Under the pieces are notes generated by a model. That model was given only the letters and a program-made list of their open reading frames with translations. It was not told where the DNA came from and did not search any database. Shown here piece by piece: positions 25,440 through 34,290 of a stretch of 61,388 nt of DNA. Source of the stretch: a virus (Duplodnaviria; Caudoviricetes); IMG/VR virus record IMGVR_UViG_3300031228_000006, positions 1 through 61,388 of that record. One strand, 5' to 3'. The translations under genes and the position numbers were made by a program. Numbering within the stretch: position 1 is the first letter of the stretch; the number at the start of each line of letters is the position of its first letter.

Positions 25440-25751
25440 TCAGGCAGCGTGGCGGCTGGAGTCGCCGACGGCTTGTACCTTGGCGGTCACGCCGGTCGGG
25501 GTCCAGAGGCCGTAATAGGTGGCCACACCCACGACGAAGGTCACGACGGAGGTCAGGAGGGCCTGGTCCCAGGCGAAGTTGCCGGTGTTGGCGATGAACT
25601 CGGTCAGGAACCCCGAGACAGCGGAGAGACCCAGCAGAAGCAGGGACTTGACGGTCGGGTTGGTCGCACGCTTGGTGACGAGCCCCACCAGGATCGGGAG
25701 GAACACGCCGACGAAGAGCGACGCTACTTGGACGGTAGTGATGGTGGTCAT
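25440..25751 (-). CDS. holin
   Basis: Three TM segments, ATYYGLW.PTGV actinophage holin-like motif, last gene of the late arm. Confidence 0.7.
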   Translation of the reverse strand: MTTITTVQVASLFVGVFLPILVGLVTKRATNPTVKSLLLLGLSAVSGFLTEFIANTGNFAWDQALLTSVVTFVVGVATYYGLWTPTGVTAKVQAVGDSSRHAA

Positions 25752-25766
25752 GACCATCACTATACG

Positions 25767-26141
25767 TCAGGAGGCGTCGTGAACGCGCGGGACCGGCGGG
25801 GGATCGGGCAGCGTGACGCCGAACTCGGCCATCTTCTGGATGGCGATCCCGTCCCAGGCGACGTGCGCCGCCAGGGTGTTGCGCACCTCGATGCGCTCCT
25901 GCTGCCACTCGGCCCGCTGACTGCGGTGGTCGTCGGCCATCTTCAGGATGAGAGTCTCCTGACGCCGAACCTCGGCCTCAAGCCGCTCGACGACGCCAGC
26001 GGCGGCCCGGCTGATCGCCTCGGCCGCGTCGGCGCCCAACTTCTTGCGCGAGAAGATGCCGTTGATGACGGCGGCCAGCACGGAGACGATACCGCCCGAC
26101 GCGAGGGCGGCTACGATCACCTTCATCATGTCGTCACCCAT
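25767..26141 (-). CDS. membrane-anchored coiled-coil protein (lysis accessory?)
   Basis: N-terminal TM plus coiled coil, adjacent to the holin. Confidence 0.65.
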   Translation of the reverse strand: MGDDMMKVIVAALASGGIVSVLAAVINGIFSRKKLGADAAEAISRAAAGVVERLEAEVRRQETLILKMADDHRSQRAEWQQERIEVRNTLAAHVAWDGIAIQKMAEFGVTLPDPPPVPRVHDAS

Positions 26142-26601
26142 CTTCATCATCTCCAAAGATCTGCTCAGCGATCGCCTGCTCAGCACCCATGATGATCTTC
26201 TCCCGATAGGCGACGTCGATCAGGATCTGAAGTTGGAAGTACCTGAGCGCACAGGCGATCCCCCAGGCCAGGATGATCCCGGCCGATATGGTGGCTGCCG
26301 ACCCAGCGAAGACCAGGATCAGAATCGCGTAGAAGACGGTAGCGACGCTGACCATGGCCGAGCCAACCTGCTCGATGATGATTCCGTTGATCGACTGGAT
26401 CCACATCCCCATCAGGGCGATGGCCGATCCGACAATCAAGGTCCCGTTCCAGACGTAGATACCCCACCGAGGCAGGACAAATTCCAGCGCTCCCGGCTCG
26501 GCTCTGAGCGCCAGGGCGACCACTCCAGAGAACACCGAGAAGGCCAGGATGAACACGGCGCGAGGATCCGCCGGGAATCGAGAGGCCGCACTGAAGATCA
26601 T
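26134..26601 (-). CDS. multi-TM membrane protein (lysis cassette)
   Basis: Four hydrophobic segments. Confidence 0.7.
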   Translation of the reverse strand: MIFSAASRFPADPRAVFILAFSVFSGVVALALRAEPGALEFVLPRWGIYVWNGTLIVGSAIALMGMWIQSINGIIIEQVGSAMVSVATVFYAILILVFAGSAATISAGIILAWGIACALRYFQLQILIDVAYREKIIMGAEQAIAEQIFGDDEDG

Positions 26602-26656
26602 GTGCCCATGGTATCTCACTAGGAGACCAGCCCGTTTACACGACCGAAGAATCGAT

Positions 26657-26953
26657 CTACTGCGCGAGCCGGGCCTCAAGGGCGTCGATGACCTGCTGAG
26701 CCATGGCGTCGTCGATGACCGGAACGTCACTCCCGCCCATGCCGGGCTCGAACGTGCTCGGGGACATGTTGATCGCAGCCAGGAGAATCTCGACCTTGTC
26801 TGCCCCGTAGCCAGGAGCCTGTTGCAGAGTGGAGAAGATGCCGCTCGGAGCGTATCTAACCCAGTTCCTCCGGCTCTGCTCGGACTGAACCGCCTCAATC
26901 TCTGCGACCGCGTCGGCTAGTTCCTGATCTGTCATCTGAGTGTAGTCAGTCAT
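26657..26953 (-). CDS. hypothetical protein (tail fibre chaperone-like position)
   Basis: Directly follows the tail fibre gene. Confidence 0.7.
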   Translation of the reverse strand: MTDYTQMTDQELADAVAEIEAVQSEQSRRNWVRYAPSGIFSTLQQAPGYGADKVEILLAAINMSPSTFEPGMGGSDVPVIDDAMAQQVIDALEARLAQ

Positions 26954-26962
26954 GGCCCTATT

Positions 26963-29900
26963 CTACGCCTTTCGGAAGATCTGCATATAGCGAGAGTAGG
27001 ACGTCCCATCAATCTTGAAACCCTGCGTAGCCGTAGCCGACAGTGAGGCTCCACTGTCCTGTCGGTAGCCAAACTGAAAGGTGTCACCTACAACCAGTTT
27101 AACGACTATCCGGAGGACGCTCTGGAAGTTTCCAGAGATGCACGCCTGATTCAGGAAGCGGTATGCGGTGGTGTCATTGATGGTGGCCTCATTGATTCCG
27201 ACCATAATCCATCGTCGAGTGTTTGCACTGCCCGACGCGAAGTTGAAACCATTCTCGATCTCATAGATCCCACTCTCGGTGCAGGTGAAGACACCACCGC
27301 CCGAGTACGAAACTCCTACCCATCCGTCATTCGCAGTGTGCTCGCCAAGCGTGGAAGTGTAACCACCGGTATCGGCCTGGTAGGTGGCATGGGCTACGGC
27401 GGTTCCTGCAGCGGTCATGACCCAGGTCGCCATCCGGCCGGTCCTGGTCGACAACTTGCCGAGGATGTAATCCCCGTTGCCCTTAAGGCTGATCAGCGGG
27501 TTCGAGGATCCGTCCACGGCCGCCGAGATGATCTTGCCAGGTCCGGTTGCCGGGAAGTTGTTCGTGGCGGGCGGATTCGTCCCCGAGGTAACCAAGCCGT
27601 TGGCTGGAATGATATACGTCGTCTGCTGAGACGGCGAGCCGCCCTGGGACTGGAGGAACATCGACGTACGCCCGCCGGGCAGGGCCAGCGCGGAGCCCTT
27701 GTAGGCGTACAAGCGCCAGCGGTCGGGGTCGTCCGAGCCGCCATTGTCGGGGACCTGGGGCAGCGTCACCCGGATGCCTGAGATGCGCTTCTTCAGGGCG
27801 ACGGAGGCCAGCGTGGTAATGTCAGTCTCGTGGACGCCAGTACCACCGGTGTCGGAATCGAACCAGGTGAGGCCAGCAAAGATCTTATGGTTGGTCTCGG
27901 TCCAGGTCCAGTCGGAATACTTCGTCAGCCTTCCGGCGGTGTCGACGGCGAAGAAGTTGGTGGCATCCCGAGTAAAGCCAACAGAGTTGCCAGCCAGATC
28001 CCATCGACTGCCGGGGATGGATGCCCCATCGTCTCCAGCGGCGAAAACATAGACCTGCACCGCCGTGGTGCCGCGAGCGATGGTATAGATCGTCCCGCCA
28101 TCGATGAACGCGCCAGCGAGGTTCGTTGAGGATGGGGCGGTGCCAGACCCGCTGACCGTCGTCGCCTCCAGGGTCATTGTCCCGGCGGAGGTGTTGTTGA
28201 TGTTCAGGCGCTTGTAGACGTTGCGACCGGAGCCATCAATGTGAGGGTAGAAGACATAGAACCGATCGTTGACCGGGTTCCAGAAGGCCTGAGCCTTTAC
28301 TCCGGTGGGAACGACTCCGGCAGGGATCCTGTTCGAGATGACGGAAGTTCCGTTATAGACCCAAGCCCAATGAGCGCCACCAAACTCTCCCATGAACAGG
28401 TTTCGACTGGGATCACGCGTGTCGGTAAACGGAGAAGCCCAGGACCACCCGCTGAAGAAGTCGGCATAGAACATCGTGCCGCCCATTCGCATCATCCAGG
28501 TGGCGACACCTCCGCTGCGATTCTCGGTGAGATGAAGGTAGCCATTCCGATACGTCATTCCGGTGATGTTCGACGGGTTCAGTGTCGGCTTCGAACTGAA
28601 GCCAGGCCCCCAGGTGTCAGGTTCGCGCTGGATGGTGTACTGCTCATACTCCTGCGTCAGCGTCGGCGTCCCAACCGGCGACTTGATGCCGTCGGAGAGG
28701 GAGATGGTGGCGTCCTTAGCGATCTCGGACTGCCCCTCGAAGGAGGCGCCTCCGAGGAACCGGGCCCAGGCCGCCTGGATGCCGCCGTTGAAGACGGGGG
28801 TCTCGCTCTCGTCGGTCGGGATCGAGATCTGGATCTGGCCCTGAGCATTGACCAGCCGAATGCCGCTGGAGTCGATCTGAACATGCCGCTTCGCCATCGA
28901 GCCGTAGTTGTAGTTGATCGCGTCCAGCGTGTAGAGCCGCAGGCCATGGAGGGTCGGCATCTGATCGGTGCTGGCCGTGATGTTCCCTGCGGGCCCATTC
29001 GACCACTCGCCCCAGAAGACCACCTTCGTGGCACCGACGGGCGGGGACAACTGGAGCGTGAAGTAGTTCTCAGTCACGTTCGTGATGCCCTGGGCGACCA
29101 GCCCGGCTGCATCAAGGTCGATCAGAGCCTGGTTCGAGATAAGCACGTTGGACGAGTCGTACCAGGATGCCGTGAAGGTGATGTCGTCCAGCCCGGTCGC
29201 AGACTGCGTCAGCCCCCCGAGCCCGACCGCGACCAGGAGGCTCTCCATCGGCGACAGCGCCGGGACGGCCTGAGCCGGGGCGACGATGCGAGCCCGAAGC
29301 CCCAGGCCGGTACCGCCGGACTGGGTGGTGACGCGAACGCCCTTGGCCTGCTGGAAGGAGAGGTTCTCGCCGGGGGTGGCATAACGTCCGGGCGTGCTGA
29401 AGTACGAGGGGCCGAAGGCGCCACCGGAGGAGGAGGCGGTGATGACCGCAGAGGAACGCACGATGCTGCTCGTGGTCCCCGACCAGACCGCGCTCGCCTT
29501 CCAGGCGGTACCGGCCGGGTCGGGCGTGACGTCGGCAGCATCGACGGAAGCCGGGTTGGCCACAGTCAGCGCAACGGTGGTCGACTCCACCTTCCGGAGT
29601 TCGGGCATCGGCATGACGTAGCCGCCGGTGTTGCCGACGAGATGCTCCGCCCGGATCTGAAGTTCGAGCCAGAGGACGGTCTGGCCGTTCCCGGTCTTGA
29701 CGACCCCTCGGTCGAACTTGGTCAGGTCCGGTCGCGGGGTGTCCTCCTTCCGGAACGACTTCCACGAGATCGTCTCCGCGTCCTGGAAGGTGCTGTCCGA
29801 GGACGCCATCCAGCGCACCGAGTTGAACGCGGGAGTGATGCCGGAGGCGGCCATCGCGGGGTCCATGCCGGGCATGGAGGTGTTGAACTCGAAGCGATAC

Positions 29901-31231
29901 TCGGTGTTCGGCTCGACCACCACCTGCGTACGCCAGCGAGCCGGGGTAGATCCGCTCGCGGCGGCGCGCTCGAAGCGGGCCGCCTGGACCGCGCCGGGCG
30001 CCATACGCTCCCAGTAGGGGTCGTCGTTGGCCGGGGAGAACTGCTCGCTGGTGACTGTCCAGCCAGAGACGTCCCCGCGACCCCACATACCGACGGCGGG
30101 CGCGGCCGAGTCATTCATGTTGGCCGTGACCAGCGCGGGCAGCATGTTGGGATTCATCGTGGTCGGGTCGAGCCCGGTGTTGTCCAGGCTGCCCAGGAGC
30201 AGTTCGCTGGCGACGACCAGGCGGGCGGCCAGTTTGTCGGCGTCGATCGCCCCGGCCTGAATCTGGTCCACGCCGACCGAGTCAGCCTGGAGGTGCCGAG
30301 TCGCGATGGCGTCGGTGGCGATGTCCGGGTCGGTGATCAGGACCGACTGGGCGATGGCGGGCAGCGAGTCCGGGCCCTGTCCGTCGGCGTCGTACGCAAC
30401 CACGATGCCGTAGTAGTCGACACCGGGCGTGACGTCCTGCAAGACCTCGGGGCCACCCGGGTCGTCGGGAGCAGGTCCGATCGCCTCGCGGATCGACTCC
30501 TGCTGAATCAGTCCAGAGGCGACCAGGTAGGTGTCGTCGGTCGTGGTCGGAGGCGACCCTGCGCGCACGTAGAGGGCGTACTCCACCGGGTCATCGTTGG
30601 GGACCGGCGTCCAGCGATAGAAGACAGATCCGATGCCACCGGCCCACAAGACGGTGGGCGCCGTGGCGGGGGCGAAGCCATCGGGTCCGGTGTCGGCCTC
30701 GATGATCTCGGAGGTGCCGAGGCCGACCTGGGACTCCTCGGAGAACTTCCCGGCCAGCGTCCACGAGACGAGCACGACGACGTAGTCGCCCGGCTCCAGG
30801 ATGGCCGAGATCTCACCACCGGCGGCATGAGCGAAAGAGCCGTAGATGTTGGCCTGGTTGGTCGGGTCGAAGGTCGCGTCGTCATAGTCACCATCGGGGA
30901 GGATGTGGACGGTGACGCGCGAGAAGTCCATGGGCGCGAAGTCCGCGTTGGCGAAGGTCCCGTCCCAGTAGATCCGAATCGCCCCCGGCGAGGAGAAGAC
31001 GCCAGGGACGCTCGGGATCGGAGGGGTGGGCCCGAGCACCACGGACGGAGCGTTGGTGCCGTCGAACTGCTGCCCCATCACCATGGTGAGCGTGCCGGAC
31101 TCGTTCACGGCCTGGATGGCGCCCGAGTCGATCGTCGAGTTGCCCAGTTGGGGCTGGCGCTGCCTGAGGCGGGACTTCTCCAGATCCGCGATGCGTCGCG
31201 CGAGCATCCGCGTCTGGTAGCCACCTGTCAT
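26963..31231 (-). CDS. large minor tail / tail fibre (receptor-binding) protein
   Basis: About 1420 aa. N-terminus LARRIADLEK, FN3-like segment, IATDAIATRHLQADSV...IQAGAIDADKL repeats, divergent low-GC C-terminus. Confidence 0.8.
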   Translation of the reverse strand: MTGGYQTRMLARRIADLEKSRLRQRQPQLGNSTIDSGAIQAVNESGTLTMVMGQQFDGTNAPSVVLGPTPPIPSVPGVFSSPGAIRIYWDGTFANADFAPMDFSRVTVHILPDGDYDDATFDPTNQANIYGSFAHAAGGEISAILEPGDYVVVLVSWTLAGKFSEESQVGLGTSEIIEADTGPDGFAPATAPTVLWAGGIGSVFYRWTPVPNDDPVEYALYVRAGSPPTTTDDTYLVASGLIQQESIREAIGPAPDDPGGPEVLQDVTPGVDYYGIVVAYDADGQGPDSLPAIAQSVLITDPDIATDAIATRHLQADSVGVDQIQAGAIDADKLAARLVVASELLLGSLDNTGLDPTTMNPNMLPALVTANMNDSAAPAVGMWGRGDVSGWTVTSEQFSPANDDPYWERMAPGAVQAARFERAAASGSTPARWRTQVVVEPNTEYRFEFNTSMPGMDPAMAASGITPAFNSVRWMASSDSTFQDAETISWKSFRKEDTPRPDLTKFDRGVVKTGNGQTVLWLELQIRAEHLVGNTGGYVMPMPELRKVESTTVALTVANPASVDAADVTPDPAGTAWKASAVWSGTTSSIVRSSAVITASSSGGAFGPSYFSTPGRYATPGENLSFQQAKGVRVTTQSGGTGLGLRARIVAPAQAVPALSPMESLLVAVGLGGLTQSATGLDDITFTASWYDSSNVLISNQALIDLDAAGLVAQGITNVTENYFTLQLSPPVGATKVVFWGEWSNGPAGNITASTDQMPTLHGLRLYTLDAINYNYGSMAKRHVQIDSSGIRLVNAQGQIQISIPTDESETPVFNGGIQAAWARFLGGASFEGQSEIAKDATISLSDGIKSPVGTPTLTQEYEQYTIQREPDTWGPGFSSKPTLNPSNITGMTYRNGYLHLTENRSGGVATWMMRMGGTMFYADFFSGWSWASPFTDTRDPSRNLFMGEFGGAHWAWVYNGTSVISNRIPAGVVPTGVKAQAFWNPVNDRFYVFYPHIDGSGRNVYKRLNINNTSAGTMTLEATTVSGSGTAPSSTNLAGAFIDGGTIYTIARGTTAVQVYVFAAGDDGASIPGSRWDLAGNSVGFTRDATNFFAVDTAGRLTKYSDWTWTETNHKIFAGLTWFDSDTGGTGVHETDITTLASVALKKRISGIRVTLPQVPDNGGSDDPDRWRLYAYKGSALALPGGRTSMFLQSQGGSPSQQTTYIIPANGLVTSGTNPPATNNFPATGPGKIISAAVDGSSNPLISLKGNGDYILGKLSTRTGRMATWVMTAAGTAVAHATYQADTGGYTSTLGEHTANDGWVGVSYSGGGVFTCTESGIYEIENGFNFASGSANTRRWIMVGINEATINDTTAYRFLNQACISGNFQSVLRIVVKLVVGDTFQFGYRQDSGASLSATATQGFKIDGTSYSRYMQIFRKA

Positions 31232-31254
31232 GGGGGTAATTCTATCGGAGTTGA

Positions 31255-32397
31255 TCAGGTGCTCAGTCGGTCGACCCGCGCCACGGTGTAGGAGGCGATC
31301 TTGCCGCTGGCGGGCTCGGTTGAGATGGCCAGAATGCGGACCCAGATGTCGAGCGTGGTCCACTCGTCGCGGGACTGAAGCAGGATCTCATCACCCACGC
31401 CAGCGGCGCCGAGCGGGGCGTGCTTGTGGTCGTGGACGATGATCTCCTGGATGTCCTCCAGGCGCGAGCGCCACTGGTTCTCGGCCATGGCACGCTTGCG
31501 AGCGTTGTTGGTCGTCTTGATCGAGGCGTCCTCGACGATCGCGATCCGACGAAGCCGCTTCTTCTTGGTGGGCTGCTCGACGACAGCGTGGATCATCGAG
31601 GCACCCTCCCCGGCGCCGAGCACCAGGGAGCCGGAAGCGTAGGTCTCGCCATCTCGATCCACAGTCGGCGACTCGAAGACATTCTCGCCATAGACGAACC
31701 GCAGGTCATTCCGTTTGCGACCGATCTTCGGGTAGCCGAAGTCCAGGTAGTGCTTGATGGTGCCGTCGGCGCCCCAGGCATGGCGCTCGTGGTAGTCGAA
31801 GCCGTACTCATTGGCCAGGTCATCAACCATGCCCATCAGGTCATGGGTGGTGTAGAAGTTGAGTTTCACCGGCCCGGCCTCGAAGGAGACGGGGCCCGAG
31901 ACGGTATCGAACTCAACCTGCTTCAGTTCGGTGCCGATCTCCAGCCCGGTCGTCGTCGAGCCCAATATGAGCCCGAGGTTGCCAGCGCGCTGAGACTGGA
32001 TATGGCTCCAGATCACCCTGACGACGTCGAGCGGGTCGACCTCGACGCCCGCGTACCCGGAACCAGTGTAGGGAAGCCTTCGGCCGTACCCGGTGAATCC
32101 GACACAAGAGAGAGTCCAGTTGGGGCCGTCGAAGCCGGACTGGCGCAGGATGCCCCCGCCACGAATCTCGCCATCGGCCTCGGCGTAGATCGCCGTGGAC
32201 CACTCGTCAAAAAGTGGCTCGCCATCGTCGGCCATCACGCTCGCCATGGCGGGGGCGATAGTGCCGTTTAGGCCGATGTCGCCAGAAAGCACGTCTTCGA
32301 CGTTGACGTTCTCCAGAGGGACGTCGGCGTGCAGGAGGGTCTCGGTCCCATCCCCGTTTACACGGGTAGCGAGGTAGCGCCATCCTCTGCGCTGCAT
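31255..32397 (-). CDS. minor tail protein (Tal/hub-like)
   Basis: Position and size typical of actinophage siphovirus baseplate genes. Confidence 0.7.
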   Translation of the reverse strand: MQRRGWRYLATRVNGDGTETLLHADVPLENVNVEDVLSGDIGLNGTIAPAMASVMADDGEPLFDEWSTAIYAEADGEIRGGGILRQSGFDGPNWTLSCVGFTGYGRRLPYTGSGYAGVEVDPLDVVRVIWSHIQSQRAGNLGLILGSTTTGLEIGTELKQVEFDTVSGPVSFEAGPVKLNFYTTHDLMGMVDDLANEYGFDYHERHAWGADGTIKHYLDFGYPKIGRKRNDLRFVYGENVFESPTVDRDGETYASGSLVLGAGEGASMIHAVVEQPTKKKRLRRIAIVEDASIKTTNNARKRAMAENQWRSRLEDIQEIIVHDHKHAPLGAAGVGDEILLQSRDEWTTLDIWVRILAISTEPASGKIASYTVARVDRLST

Positions 32398-32400
32398 CGT

Positions 32401-33372
32401 TTACACGGCCCGCGAGGAGAAGACCACCTGGACGAAGGCGGTCGCCGTGCTGGAGACCTGCATGTTGCCGGTGCCAGCGGTGCGGTAAGCGCGCATCGAG
32501 AGGGTCTGACTGGTGCCGCGCATCGCTGAAGGGATGGCGGCCTCTCCGCCAATCGTCAGGCCACGGTAGACGTCGAGGTCCTCGTTGATGTTCAGGTTGG
32601 CGATGTCGACGGTGCCCAGGCGCACGAGAGAGACCCCGGTGAAGGAGTTGGGCGAGCCCTCCATCCGAACACCTTCGAGGTTGGCGATGATGTCGACGTG
32701 GGTTGCCCAGGAGGGTACGTCGACCGACCAGGTCGCCGTGCTCGGGAAGACCACGCCGGGATCGGCGGCCGTCAGCGTCTGGAGCGAGCCGGGGCCGATC
32801 GCGCGCTTCGTGGTCCGGTCGGTCATCGGCCGGGCGACCTTGCGCAGGTCGTGGATCATCGCGTTGGTGATGGTCGTGGTACTGGCCGGGATGTCGATCC
32901 GAGCCAGGGGGAGGTTGGGGTAGGCAGCCCCGGAGATCGTGGTGGATCCACCAGCGACCGGCACGAGGACCGCTCGGACGTAGTCGAAGGTGGCCTCCTC
33001 GCCGACGGGCGGGTCATCGGTACCCATGAACGGGTGACCGACCTGGGAGAACTCGGGGTCTCCGACCACGATGGCGAGGATGTAGGACTGCGCCGAGGGG
33101 TTCGAGCCGGGCATCTCGCCCGAGGACACGATGTGAACCGACGGGTTCGAGACACCGTAGGTCTCGTTGGGAACCGCCTGGTAGCGGTTCAGGATCGAGC
33201 CGGAACCGGCCGAGATCTGCACGCCGACGCCGGGGGTGTCCAGTTGGGCCACCTTCAGGTCGCCGGGCGAGACGATGCCCTGATTCGGGTTGGCCGTGTA
33301 GGCCTGACCTCGCGCCAGCGAGGCGGACATGAGGGCCCCGTCGATTGCCCAAGCGGCTCCAACAAGTGTCAT
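32401..33372 (-). CDS. minor tail protein
   Basis: GDLKV...GVQISAG...LARIDIPASTTTITNAMIHDLR motif typical of actinophage minor tail proteins. Confidence 0.75.
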   Translation of the reverse strand: MTLVGAAWAIDGALMSASLARGQAYTANPNQGIVSPGDLKVAQLDTPGVGVQISAGSGSILNRYQAVPNETYGVSNPSVHIVSSGEMPGSNPSAQSYILAIVVGDPEFSQVGHPFMGTDDPPVGEEATFDYVRAVLVPVAGGSTTISGAAYPNLPLARIDIPASTTTITNAMIHDLRKVARPMTDRTTKRAIGPGSLQTLTAADPGVVFPSTATWSVDVPSWATHVDIIANLEGVRMEGSPNSFTGVSLVRLGTVDIANLNINEDLDVYRGLTIGGEAAIPSAMRGTSQTLSMRAYRTAGTGNMQVSSTATAFVQVVFSSRAV

Positions 33373-33384
33373 GGCTGAATCATC

Positions 33385-34290
33385 TCACAGACTGGTGTAG
33401 GCGTTTCTCCAGCGCAGGCGCGCGGAAGCCCCGCCACCTCCGACGACTCCGCCGAGGCGGACCTGGACCTGGGTCTTCGGCGGCAGCCAGAGATCCTCCA
33501 GCCATGTCCGCCGGGCGAGCATGTCGGACCGGTTGGCGCCGGACTGGTTCAAGATGGTGAGCGCCCAGGGCCGGGTGTCGATCTCGACCCACTGGCCCGC
33601 CGCGATGGTCCCGGTCAGCGACAGGGTCCAATCATCGGTCTGCACGGACGGGTTGGTCCAGGGACCGCTCAGGCGGATCACGGGGTAGACGCGCTGGGAT
33701 CCGCCGACGTAGACCGACTGCTGGGTCTCGGCCGAGGGCATGGTCACCGTGGGCAGAGTGAGCGGGAACTCGAAGCCGGAGGGCTCGGGATCGGACGCGA
33801 ACGGGATCAGGGCCTCGGTGGCCTCGTCGTCGTAGGTGTAGCCGTCGACCAACTCGAAGTCGTGCGTCAGGTCGACGTACCCACCGAGGATCCGGTTGCC
33901 CGGCGGCCCCGAGAAACGCCGGGGCCGCCCGAAGACGCGTCGGTACCGGTCGTTGATCCGGTACCGGATGGCGGTGGTCGCGCCGGGCCCCAGGAGCAGG
34001 TCGGAGGGCGACCAGGCGGTCGAGATCTGCTCCAGGGTCTCCAGGGCGGTGTCGACGTCGGTCTCGTTGACGTGGGAGGCCCAGGTCCAGGTGCGGTTCG
34101 AGCGTACGTCGCGGCCGAACGCCTTCACGCCGCGCCGCGAGTTCTGCGAGTCCTGGGTCAGCCAGGACTGCTCGCCGGGGTCGAAGCCCTCGTTGTTGAC
34201 CGACACCTTGGCGCCGATGCCGAAGACGAAGCCGTCCATAGCCTCGGCCTGGGGCAGGATCTCGAACTGGAATTCCGACAGTGCCGTCAT
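33385..34290 (-). CDS. distal tail (Dit)-like protein
   Basis: Immediately after the tape measure gene; ends RWRNAY. Confidence 0.7.
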   Translation of the reverse strand: MTALSEFQFEILPQAEAMDGFVFGIGAKVSVNNEGFDPGEQSWLTQDSQNSRRGVKAFGRDVRSNRTWTWASHVNETDVDTALETLEQISTAWSPSDLLLGPGATTAIRYRINDRYRRVFGRPRRFSGPPGNRILGGYVDLTHDFELVDGYTYDDEATEALIPFASDPEPSGFEFPLTLPTVTMPSAETQQSVYVGGSQRVYPVIRLSGPWTNPSVQTDDWTLSLTGTIAAGQWVEIDTRPWALTILNQSGANRSDMLARRTWLEDLWLPPKTQVQVRLGGVVGGGGASARLRWRNAYTSL

